Positions 8,003 through 17,572 of a stretch of 56,547 nt of DNA are shown here, in pieces. This stretch comes from Andalucia godoyi And28 (taxonomy: Eukaryota; Protista; Jakobida): contig VRVR01000024.1 in NCBI GenBank assembly GCA_009859145.1, positions 1 through 56,547 on the forward strand. The letters are read 5' to 3'. Each line of letters begins with the position of its first letter. Position 1 is the first letter of the stretch. The position numbers were made by a program, and so were the translations under genes. A model generated the notes under the pieces. That model saw nothing but the letters and a program-made list of their open reading frames with translations. It did no database searches and was not told where the DNA came from.

Positions 8003-11000
8003 ATGGAGCAGCTCTCGAAGAAAAAGCCGCTGATCACTGAACTCCTCGGCCAACTTTCTCCAGAGAACCTTGCGGAACTCCAAACAAGCTTCGATGCGTT
8101 TGCGCACGACGGAAAGGTATGCTTAGCCCATTTCGTTGCAGTTGCGAGAAGGGTGCTTCGGCATCCGGAAGCTGTGTCGTCATCGGTGGACAGGGACAAT
8201 CTGAACAACATGGTGGACTTGTTCGAGCAGATCGACATCGACAAGGATGAACATATTTCCTGGTCTGATTTCGCCGGTACCGTGATCAAGAACACGTCAT
8301 TCTCAGAGTTTGCACTTCCAGAGTATGACTCCAAGGGTCATCATACCTTTGGCCTGCCCTTCTCAGACATGTTCCGGAAGCACTCTGAAGACCAACATTT
8401 GGAGAGAATGGCTCTTTGCGACACTTCGAAACGGCTGCTCGGGATGGAGAAGAACGGAAACTGGTGTGTCCTAGACGCAAATTCGTGTGAGGTACTTCGA
8501 CGGTACGCGGAGACCACAAAAACCTCTGTTCTGGCAGGCTGCTGGATAGCAGACCAAGACCTTTTTGTAGTTGCTCGCAACGACAGGAAGACGCATGTCT
8601 TCCATAGTGCAACTTGGGAGCTTGTACAGGAAATTATGACAAGTCATCCGATTTTGAGTCTATCTTATACATCAACTCTTGGTCGATGCTTTGCAGGAGA
8701 CATGGAAGGAAATCTGCTGTGCTGGGATGCGGGAAAACGTAGCAGTCACTTTGAGGACACATTCACGAATGCCCACAACAGCTACATTCTGGATAACCAG
8801 TACATTCAGGACCTTGGGCTCCTGGTGTCCTGTTCTTCGGACAGAACAGTGAAGTTCTGGAGTCTCAAAGACAACACCTGCAGAGGTCTCCGCAAGGGAC
8901 ACACGGCTGGGGTCCATCGCATCGCGTATTCCAGCCATTTTCGCTTGGTGGCCACCGCGGGAGCCGGGAGGGAAATCATTCTGTGGAACACCTTTTCCGA
9001 ATTTCCTGTAAGCAAACTTGTCAAGCACGAAACGACCATCGTTGGGCTGCAGTGCGCCGCGGACTCTCCGCAGCTGCTTAGTGTTGATGCTTCCGGTTTG
9101 GTGTGCATCTGGGATCTTCGCACATTCGGGTGCAGCCAGTCGTGGCGGACGGACGTGTATCCTGTGGTGGATACCATGCTGAATTCTGCGACTGGAAGGC
9201 TATATATTGCAGGGAACTCTGTTGCATATTTTGATCGAAAATCAATTGAGAATGTAGAAAGGTTTGAACGAGCGTTCTCCAGCATGACAATCAGCTCGAT
9301 CAACAAACTCATTTTTGCAAGTGCCGGTCGAAAACTGTATTCTTGGAGGACGGACAACGGCGAATTGCAACAACTGTTCTCTGGTATCGGGTCGTGCGAC
9401 GTTACTTGTTTGCTGCCTGTCAAGAACGAGGAACACCTTCTAATCGGCGACATGGAGGGGGCAGTCTGGGTGTACACGATGTCGAACGGTAAGAACGTGA
9501 AGAAAATTAATGTGTTCTCGGATTCGGTGGATCGAATGTACCTTATCCACAAAAGACCGCGACAAGATGTCAGAGAACTCGGAAAAGACGATCGATCAGT
9601 GCAAGAAGAGCAGGGAAAGTATGCGCTTGCCATCGGAACTTCCGGATTATGCAAAGTCTTTTGTTACGAGGGCGAAGGGAGCTCCAATGTTCAATGGAAC
9701 GCAGTGCAGTTAATGACCGAGGTGCGCACGTCGCAGGAGCGGCGAGGATCACCTCTGGGCAGCGGCATCGACCGAAGACGGTCTGTCGCCGCATTGCAAC
9801 AAAGCAGCATACTACGAAAACCATCGACAACACGGTCCCTTCCAGTGAGAGCACCCAAGCACATGCACGCCCTTTCTGAACCGATTTTGTCGGAGTCGAC
9901 AGAAACAACGTACACCGTCGAGGCATATGTGAAATCTTTGGATTTTTCCGTCAAGCATGCGGTATCTGCTGACATGGGTTTGTGCGTCTTTGCAGTGAAT
10001 GAAACTGTCTGTTGTGTTGACATCGATGAAGGAGAACTGAGGTCATGGTGCAAACTTCCGCACCCGGTGTCTTCGCTGTGCTTCCTCGAATCGCTGCAGA
10101 CTTGCGTTGCATTTTGCTCTGACGAAGGAAACACCTACCTGGAAGTGCTGCAGCTCCCGGTTTGCAGACATCTCATGTCAATCATTGCTACAGGCATGGG
10201 AACCGTCAAACATTCCTTTTATTCAGACAGTCGGTACAAACTACATACCATTAACGACGAGGGATGCCTCAGCACATGGGACGCATTCGGAATGTGCAAA
10301 GCCTTCAATTCGCAGCTCCAGAGGTTTCTTTCATCAGCAGAGCAGCAGAAGAACAACAGACAGCTCTACCAAAATCGCTATGTGGCAGAACTCAAAGGAA
10401 TTCGAGGAGGTCTGAATGCCATCAAATTCGCGTATGATTTAGAACAAGGAGTTGTCGTTGCGTTGAAGTTCTTCGCAGAGGAGGACGAATTTCGGTGCGA
10501 AAAGTCGATTCTTGAAGCAGTCAAATCTCCATTTGTCATCCGGATGCTCCACAGCTTTTCAGACCCACAAAAAGAAGAATTTTGCATATCTATGGAAAAG
10601 GCTGATCGCTCGTTGCACGACATGATCAGAACCAGTTCTGGATTGTCACACGAACAAGAGCAGCAAGTCAGTGTCCAGATTGCGACAGGGCTGAAAGACC
10701 TTCATCGGCAGGGATTCATCTCATCGGATATGAAGCCAAAAAATGTAATGATCTTCGGGAACAATTTCAAGATCATAGACCTTGACAACGGAAGACTCAT
10801 CGACAGCGTGATGCCGATTAAGTACACTCCGAACTACTGTCCCCCCGAGATGGCAAAACTGAAACTGAAAAGGATCCCGAGCTTCAAAGCATCAAGAACC
10901 TTTGATTCGTGGGGTTACGGGATGACGCTGTACGAAACCCTGGCGCGGATGCCGTACTTTGATGGTGGAGAACTGACCATGGACGAAGACGAGATTCTCG

Positions 11001-12229
11001 AGTTCTTGGCCGCGGAACACCCGACATCATCTCTGAGAATTTCCGAGTCCAAAATCCGCAATTCAGTGTTTAGGGAAATCATTTCAAAATGCTTGCAATT
11101 TGACCCGGAGAAAAGATGGGACATGGATCAAGTGCTCGAATGTCTAGATCTCCAAGGATTGACAAAATTCGCGTCCCCGGCTCTTCCAAAAGTCTCATTT
11201 GAGAGGGTCTCGGGAATTCCAAAATTCCAGCCATTTTCAATGAGGACAGACGTCGTGGATATTGTTCAAACCATGGGGAAACTGGACCATAATCTGGACA
11301 AGGTGGCGTGGTTTTCCAGTCCGTCAGTCATTCTCGGATCCGTGTTTGACAACTCAAAGACCACCAGAGGTGCGCAGCTCTATGCAGTGAATTACGTCAA
11401 TGGCGATGTTGTGGGAACTTTGCCACGGCTTTCGACCCTCGAAGGAGCCCCGGCAGAAGATTGCGCGCTTCCACTGAATTCGGAAGATAATGACGGCAAA
11501 CAATCCGACAAAAAGTCCAGCAACCCGCAGAAAAAACAGTCTGCATCCTTGTCTCCCCTCAAGAAACTGAAGCTGATGCGCTCGGGAGGAAATGCGAAAA
11601 GGCCTACACGCGCCGTGTCTGATGCAAGCATATGCGACACTGAGGAACAGCCGTGGTATTTCCCAGAGTGTGGTGCACACGCATCAAAACCTCAGGACCA
11701 AATGCAATCGCTTGCACAGCATATTTCTGTGTTGCATACATCGCCGACGAAACACTTCTCAAGTGGAACGCCCTCGCAGTATCAGACTCCCCCAAGACAA
11801 CAACAGCTTCACGGAAACGAGACTGAAGACGTCGCTCATTTCGGCACTCCCTCCAGGCTTCGTGAAGTAAGCCTTTCGACTGCTGCATCGCCGGTATTCG
11901 AAGAATGGAAACGGCTCGGTGGTGTGGAAATCGCAAAAGCAAGTCGACAGCTCAAATTCGACAAAAAATCGTCGCTTTCCTCATCGATTCAGGCACTGAA
12001 AATGCACATCACAAAGGAAGAGCGAATTCAGTTAAAAGCCACGGAACTGGACAAGTCGCTGCGAGGGGTTGGAACGGTGGCATCGCCATCCTCAAGACAA
12101 GCCTTTTCCAAACTAGGAAACGACAAGAGGTCCGTGGACATAGGATTTCTATTGCAAACGCCGAGGATAGGATGCAGCGTAAGCACACAGGAGACCGCCA
12201 GCGACAATGGTAGCGAGACACACGACTAA
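8003..12229 (+). CDS. EF-hand + WD40 repeats + Ser/Thr kinase-domain protein (1408 aa)
   Basis: EF-hand DLFEQIDIDKDEHISWSDF; WD repeats such as LVSCSSDRTVKFWSL, GHTAGVHRIAYS and LSVDASGLVCIWDLR; kinase VALKFF...SSDMKPKNVMIF...IIDLD...YTPNYCPPE...DSWGYG...RW. Low-complexity tail. Confidence 0.88.
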   Translation: MEQLSKKKPLITELLGQLSPENLAELQTSFDAFAHDGKVCLAHFVAVARRVLRHPEAVSSSVDRDNLNNMVDLFEQIDIDKDEHISWSDFAGTVIKNTSFSEFALPEYDSKGHHTFGLPFSDMFRKHSEDQHLERMALCDTSKRLLGMEKNGNWCVLDANSCEVLRRYAETTKTSVLAGCWIADQDLFVVARNDRKTHVFHSATWELVQEIMTSHPILSLSYTSTLGRCFAGDMEGNLLCWDAGKRSSHFEDTFTNAHNSYILDNQYIQDLGLLVSCSSDRTVKFWSLKDNTCRGLRKGHTAGVHRIAYSSHFRLVATAGAGREIILWNTFSEFPVSKLVKHETTIVGLQCAADSPQLLSVDASGLVCIWDLRTFGCSQSWRTDVYPVVDTMLNSATGRLYIAGNSVAYFDRKSIENVERFERAFSSMTISSINKLIFASAGRKLYSWRTDNGELQQLFSGIGSCDVTCLLPVKNEEHLLIGDMEGAVWVYTMSNGKNVKKINVFSDSVDRMYLIHKRPRQDVRELGKDDRSVQEEQGKYALAIGTSGLCKVFCYEGEGSSNVQWNAVQLMTEVRTSQERRGSPLGSGIDRRRSVAALQQSSILRKPSTTRSLPVRAPKHMHALSEPILSESTETTYTVEAYVKSLDFSVKHAVSADMGLCVFAVNETVCCVDIDEGELRSWCKLPHPVSSLCFLESLQTCVAFCSDEGNTYLEVLQLPVCRHLMSIIATGMGTVKHSFYSDSRYKLHTINDEGCLSTWDAFGMCKAFNSQLQRFLSSAEQQKNNRQLYQNRYVAELKGIRGGLNAIKFAYDLEQGVVVALKFFAEEDEFRCEKSILEAVKSPFVIRMLHSFSDPQKEEFCISMEKADRSLHDMIRTSSGLSHEQEQQVSVQIATGLKDLHRQGFISSDMKPKNVMIFGNNFKIIDLDNGRLIDSVMPIKYTPNYCPPEMAKLKLKRIPSFKASRTFDSWGYGMTLYETLARMPYFDGGELTMDEDEILEFLAAEHPTSSLRISESKIRNSVFREIISKCLQFDPEKRWDMDQVLECLDLQGLTKFASPALPKVSFERVSGIPKFQPFSMRTDVVDIVQTMGKLDHNLDKVAWFSSPSVILGSVFDNSKTTRGAQLYAVNYVNGDVVGTLPRLSTLEGAPAEDCALPLNSEDNDGKQSDKKSSNPQKKQSASLSPLKKLKLMRSGGNAKRPTRAVSDASICDTEEQPWYFPECGAHASKPQDQMQSLAQHISVLHTSPTKHFSSGTPSQYQTPPRQQQLHGNETEDVAHFGTPSRLREVSLSTAASPVFEEWKRLGGVEIAKASRQLKFDKKSSLSSSIQALKMHITKEERIQLKATELDKSLRGVGTVASPSSRQAFSKLGNDKRSVDIGFLLQTPRIGCSVSTQETASDNGSETHD

Positions 12230-12248
12230 CAAAATTCCCGCCGCTGCT

Positions 12249-13802
12249 TCAAGATGGTGATGAACCAGTATGCAGATTCGCAGATAGTTCCTTCTTGTTC
12301 ACTTTTCCCATGGTATTCCGTGGAATCGCCGTCATCACTCGCCATTCTGTGGGGACTTTGTATTTAGCCAGCCTTTCCACCGCCCAGCGCTTCAATGACG
12401 CCAGGCGAAAACCATCGGCAGACTTTGCAGGAACAATAATTGCCGCAATCTTTTGGCCATAGGCAGGGTCCTCCATTCCGACCACCGCACACTCCTGCAG
12501 GTGCCCGGATTCCAGTAAACAGTTCTCGATCTCAAGTGCACTAATCTTATATCCACCAACTTTCAGTATATCTACAGAAGCCCTTCCCAAAATCTTGAAT
12601 ACATTGCTCGCATCCCGCACAGACACATCTCCAGTGATAAACCAGTTTCCGGGTGCAAAACTTGCGCGCGTTGCCTCTGAGTTCCTCCAATACCCGTCAA
12701 AAACCGAGGGGCCCTTCACAAGAAGCTGTCCAGGAGTCCCAGAAGGGACATCTGAAAAGTTTTCATCTACGATTCGGCAGTCGACGGTGGGAAGAGGATG
12801 ACCAACCGTGCCTGGAAGCCGCTGGCCATTGTAAGGGTTTGACAGCGCCATGCCGAGCTCCGTCATGCCGTACCGTTCCAAGAGAATGTGCCCAGAGATC
12901 CTTTCCCACTCGTGCAGAACCGTCTCTGGCAATGCCGCAGATCCGGATATCATCAAACGCAGACGCCTCAATGCCGCGCTCGCAAGTTTCTGCTCATGTT
13001 CAGCCATGTGCTTCCATTCTTCGATAAGCTTGACGTACATCGTTGGAACGCCCATGAAGACAGAAAAGGGATGCAGGCCGTCAACGAGTGTCTTCCAGAC
13101 TCGCTTTGCATGAAAAGTTTCGTCGAAAACAACGTGTGCCCCGTTCCACAGCGGACACGTCAGCGCATTGACGATGCCATGCACATGATGCAGCGGCAGT
13201 GTGTGTAAGGTAACGTCTTCTGCGATCCATTCCCATGCCGTGCTCAAGATACGACATTGAGTTTCAAGATTCCTGTGTGTCGTCACCACTCCTTTTGGCT
13301 TGCCGGTCGTCCCTGAAGTGTATATGATCATGCACGGATCCTCCGCAGAGAGCGCAGGGAGTCGCTGCTCGATGTGCTGGTGCCTCAACGAATGCTCTGG
13401 AATGCGTGCATGCTGCTCGATCTGCAGGAAATCCCGACTACACGCTGCAGCGACACCTCTCGCGTTTGACTCCATCCAGGAACCTCCAACAACGATTGCT
13501 GCATCCGCATTTCGTATAACATGCTCCATTTCTGATTTGGGATGGGACGTTGACAGTGGCACAGCGATGGCGCCGAGCATCCAAACAGCCCATTGTGCTA
13601 CGACATACTCGTAAGACGAAGGGACTCCGAATGCAATGCGCTCTCCTTTCAACGAATGAGAAGGTCCAATGTTGGACTTGAGCTTTAGCGCGAAAGATGC
13701 CGCATCCTTCAAAAGATCGCCATAGGAAAACACTCTCGCGTCTTGAACATGTGAAATTGCGATCCTGTGGAGGTTCTTTGCTGCATTTACAAACAGAGAC
13801 AT
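12249..13802 (-). CDS. ACSF3: Malonyl-CoA synthetase-like acyl-CoA synthetase
   Basis: AMP-binding motif YTSGTTGKPKG; LPLHHVHGIVN; ERYGMTE; WFITGD; RASVDILKVGGYKISALEIE; LPRN-like IPRNTMGKVNKK. Confidence 0.88.
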   Translation of the reverse strand: MSLFVNAAKNLHRIAISHVQDARVFSYGDLLKDAASFALKLKSNIGPSHSLKGERIAFGVPSSYEYVVAQWAVWMLGAIAVPLSTSHPKSEMEHVIRNADAAIVVGGSWMESNARGVAAACSRDFLQIEQHARIPEHSLRHQHIEQRLPALSAEDPCMIIYTSGTTGKPKGVVTTHRNLETQCRILSTAWEWIAEDVTLHTLPLHHVHGIVNALTCPLWNGAHVVFDETFHAKRVWKTLVDGLHPFSVFMGVPTMYVKLIEEWKHMAEHEQKLASAALRRLRLMISGSAALPETVLHEWERISGHILLERYGMTELGMALSNPYNGQRLPGTVGHPLPTVDCRIVDENFSDVPSGTPGQLLVKGPSVFDGYWRNSEATRASFAPGNWFITGDVSVRDASNVFKILGRASVDILKVGGYKISALEIENCLLESGHLQECAVVGMEDPAYGQKIAAIIVPAKSADGFRLASLKRWAVERLAKYKVPTEWRVMTAIPRNTMGKVNKKELSANLHTGSSPS

Positions 13803-13929
13803 TTATTTATTAATACGATCTCTTAAACGACGGGAAGGGAAAAAACACGCAAAAAGCTAGCAGCCAAAAGAAGCACGCTAGAAGAAAAAGAATTGCATGC
13901 ACAAATGCAGCATCATGTACAGGCGTTTG

Positions 13930-15165
13930 TCAACGCCGTCCAGACTTGCTGAAGCTCTCTCGGAAACGGCGGTACTCTTCCGCAAATTCGTCGCTGCAGA
14001 CAAGAACCTTGGCATCGACATTCGCATCCGCGTTCTCATTTTCCTTATTCGCCGTTTCCGACACCTGAAGGGGAAGGTCAACGGATCCGGGGATGATGAC
14101 GGACGGCGACACGCTTGTTTCCCTTTGCAAATACACATCGCCATCCATGTTGTACGGGGTGATCATCACTCTGTGGATGGTGAACTTGCAAAACTCCCAA
14201 TTTGCTGCGCCTGCCCACGATGCAAACCAATTTCCAATGACGAGACGGGCACTGACAGGAGACACCAACGTTGTGGATCGAATGAGAACGCCGTCCGCAT
14301 AAAATTTGCAATCCTGGCCCAGCAACACGTACCACTTTCCATCGGATTTTTTGACAAGCGGCAAACTCTGATACTGAGGGAACACGCCAGCAACTGCAAT
14401 CCGATGATATCCATTTGCCATAGCAACCTGGTTGTCGGTAACGCCCGTCAAGACTTGCGACTTGTTGCGCCATTCCCACGCAAAGCGATGGTATCGCCCA
14501 TCCAAGAGCGCGTTGGGGAAAGCGCCAACCTTGATGTCGTATTCAATCTCGGAAAGCCAAGTATTGAAATTTGCCTCTCCATACGCCCCGGAAACTCCAA
14601 TTTCTGGAGCATCAATTTCAGAATTCACTGTCGAGTAGTATCCCCCAGCACTCCCCTGCTTCTTCGACGGCTGATACTGCAAGTCATTCGGATTGATTTG
14701 AGTTCCCCCCGAGTCACCGGACTTTGCATTATGGGACTCATAATGGAAGGTCCATGCCGAAAACACGGTTCCACTGGGCGCCTTTCCCTGCTGAACGGTG
14801 CGTCCATTCCAAGGATTCCAAATCCTGCAGTCCACCTCGTAGCGCCCAGAGGAGAAGGAGTCCTTGGTCACCATGCAGGAACCGACGCGAGACACCGGTA
14901 CGTTTCTCGATCCGTTCTGATTGACTCCCGGAAGCGCCGGGCGAATCGGAGTGCTGGACACCAGATCTCCGTGGCCCCAAAGCGCACAGACATTCTTCTT
15001 GCCAACCTTGGTGCCATCCCACAGCACAACATCATCCTGCTCAAGCATGATATACTCGGGAATGCAGCCATTGTTGTTTGCACCCCACTGCCAATTGTAC
15101 CCAATCCATCGGTTCTTGTTGATTCCCTTCGAGAAGTCGTCGTCAAATCCGGTTACAGTGGACAT
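13930..15165 (-). CDS. GH16-like glycoside hydrolase (beta-jelly-roll); no obvious signal peptide
   Basis: GRYEV...SAWTFHYE...NSEIDAPE (E-I-D-x-x-E catalytic-type motif)...DGRYHRFAWEW...FYADG...P...LVIGNW...WAG. First ATG at 15165; the track start at 15189 is TTG. Confidence 0.7.
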   Translation of the reverse strand: MSTVTGFDDDFSKGINKNRWIGYNWQWGANNNGCIPEYIMLEQDDVVLWDGTKVGKKNVCALWGHGDLVSSTPIRPALPGVNQNGSRNVPVSRVGSCMVTKDSFSSGRYEVDCRIWNPWNGRTVQQGKAPSGTVFSAWTFHYESHNAKSGDSGGTQINPNDLQYQPSKKQGSAGGYYSTVNSEIDAPEIGVSGAYGEANFNTWLSEIEYDIKVGAFPNALLDGRYHRFAWEWRNKSQVLTGVTDNQVAMANGYHRIAVAGVFPQYQSLPLVKKSDGKWYVLLGQDCKFYADGVLIRSTTLVSPVSARLVIGNWFASWAGAANWEFCKFTIHRVMITPYNMDGDVYLQRETSVSPSVIIPGSVDLPLQVSETANKENENADANVDAKVLVCSDEFAEEYRRFRESFSKSGRR

Positions 15166-15952
15166 GGTGAATTTCAGTGTGTCTCTCAAAGAAGAAAGCT
15201 TCCAATTCCAGTTTTCCTTTTTGTTTCCCGTAATCCGAACAACAACGAAAGAAACGAGAACAGAAAGAAACAGAAAAACAGATCCCCGAACAAGAAAATG
15301 TATTTCAAGGATTCCGCTGCCTCTGCATCTCCATTTTCCAGGACCTCCCTGCGCAACATGATTGATTGATTTTGCAAAAATTGATCACTCACAAGTACAT
15401 GTGCGATGCTGACAATTTCCGAAATAAGTTCAATCGAAGTCATATTTTTCGCGACGCATGCGACCAAACGGCTGGTATCGACACATACGCACACATACAT
15501 ACACACACACAAACACACGCAGTCACACGCTACTACTGCCCAATCCTCCTACTACCAACAGGTCCACGCACGATCGTAGCAGACGACGTGTGTAATCCTC
15601 TCTTTTTTTTTCGCGGTCTACAAAGCTGACTTTCTGAGCGAAAACAAAATAATGAAGTAAAAATGAACAGGGAAAGCGCCGACTTGCAAGTTCTGTCGAG
15701 CTGCAAGGACTTTGAAAAAGGAACGAAAAAGAGCTCCCGTCGACCGTAGTGCTGCTTGAGTCATGCAAAGCTTTCCTTTTCGGTCCGCACTCAGATAGGC
15801 AAAAGGCCTTTTGCCGTTTTTGTTGGGTTTTTCCTTTCTCTTTTCGTTTTCTTTCTCGATTGCATTTGCAAAACGTTTTGCTTTGTTATTTAATGCGCAT
15901 CGGAACGAATCCTGCGTAGAAAAGGAGAGAAGCGTAAACTTTTCAAAAAGAG

Positions 15953-16585
15953 ATGTGGTTCGACTGCGTTGTTTCCACGAGGAATTTGCAGACCTTGTAC
16001 GTGCGTATTCAGGACGGAGTCATTGTGCGAGCGCTCGTGCCGCAAGATATCGCAGCGTGGAAGGCGCTCGACGCAGAGCTGTTTCCTGTGCAGTACGAGC
16101 CTACATTCTATTTACAGTTCTTCTCAAGCGAAGAAAACAAGCACGACTACGTGGTTCTTGGAGCATTCGAAGAAGAGTCGGGCACGATGATTGGTGTTAT
16201 TTCTGCTCGCCGATCTCTGCAGCGAACTGGGCTCTTTTCTCATGCATCCAAATGCTATATCATGACGATTGGAGTGCACGCTTTGTATCGACGAAAAAGG
16301 ATTGCTCATATATTAATGCAGATTGTGCAGACGTGGTTTGAAAGGTGGACAACCTGCACGTCTGTATTTCTTCACGTGCTGTCCACGAACATGGGTGCGC
16401 TGCGTTTTTATGAAAATCTTCATTTTCGAACGGCATGTTTCAGAAAGGGGTTCTATGAAATCCAAGGACGCCCCATGGATGCGCTAGAACTCGAGAAGCC
16501 GCTGATGCCTTCGAATCCTCTGAACTGGACGAACTGGTTCATGTCTTTTCTTCCAGTGCACTGGTGTGTAGCAGAGGACTTGTAA
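15953..16585 (+). CDS. NAA60: GNAT N-terminal acetyltransferase, NAA60/NatF-like (NAA50 is the alternative)
   Basis: LFPVQYEPTFY; YIMTIGVHALYRRKRIA; VFLHVLSTNMGALRFYE; FYEIQG; aromatic amphipathic C-tail LNWTNWFMSFLP as in NAA60. Confidence 0.7.
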   Translation: MWFDCVVSTRNLQTLYVRIQDGVIVRALVPQDIAAWKALDAELFPVQYEPTFYLQFFSSEENKHDYVVLGAFEEESGTMIGVISARRSLQRTGLFSHASKCYIMTIGVHALYRRKRIAHILMQIVQTWFERWTTCTSVFLHVLSTNMGALRFYENLHFRTACFRKGFYEIQGRPMDALELEKPLMPSNPLNWTNWFMSFLPVHWCVAEDL

Positions 16586-17572
16586 CTGCATCTTGTCTGT
16601 TATTTGGTTGGTTGGTCGGTCAGCTGTCGTTTTTCAATCTCCTGCCGCCGTGTTGAAAAATTGAACCCCAACCCCCTTTCTTCGGTGGACACTGGGTTGC
16701 AGCAGAAATTCTTTCAACTGCTGCCAACATTTGTATTTTGCTTCCTTTGACGATGCCCCATTTTTCAGAATTAATGACTCCGTGAAAACCTCGCGGCAAG
16801 CACTCTCCTTGGCTTCAATTCTTGCTGCTGATTTGCTTCCGCTGTCCCGTCACTCTCAGCCAAAAGACGACGGTTGGCGGTTTTGTGTATCAGCATTCAG
16901 CATCAAACAAACAACATATTTGTTTATCATAATCGAACCCTCAAGCATCTTTTCATCAAGGACAAAGCACCCCATGGCTCCATAGAGGGGTCTTCTCAAC
17001 AAACTCAAAACCGGCCATGCCCGGAGATACCGAGAACCAAGAAGCTCGTGGTTACGATGACCCTCTGATACAGAGCAATCTGCATCGAAGAGTTGGTCTT
17101 CGCCCCCAAATAAAAGCAAACAAAAAAAACGTGGCTTGGATGTGTCTTCGGTGACAGCTGAGCCGACGACCAATTCATGTTTTGGCGAGCGGTCGAGTCG
17201 CATCAGCCAAAGGTGAGAACAAAAAGAAGTCAAGAATGGGGGTGCTCGTCTCCTGACATGCTGTGACATGCCACGCATCCCCCATCATCCACCATCCGTT
17301 GCAGCAGACCACAAGAAACCCCCCTCCACCTTCCCAACCGTTCGATCCAAAAGACGGGGACTGCGGCAGATCATTTCAAACGTGAACCACCATCCTCTTC
17401 GTTCGTTCGTTCCCCTCACCCTTCCGGTTTCTTGTCGTTGTTTTTATAAATAATTTCCTGATCATTCTGTTTCACTGTCTTCCCTATTTTCGTGTTGCTT
17501 TACTATCTGTTTGTCAGTTTGTTTATAATTGTTTTTTTTTTGTTGTTGTTGTTGTTTGTAATTCAAAAAAAC

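Noticed and set aside
15186-15518. 110-aa minus ORF as a possible 5' exon of GH16
   Set aside because: No convincing donor/acceptor pair; it is mostly microsatellite and T-rich UTR sequence.
16586-17572. 1-kb gap with short ORFs, a hairpin followed by ACA, and a GATACAGAG U6-like 9-mer
   Set aside because: No H box, the rest of U6 is absent, and the ORFs have no motifs.
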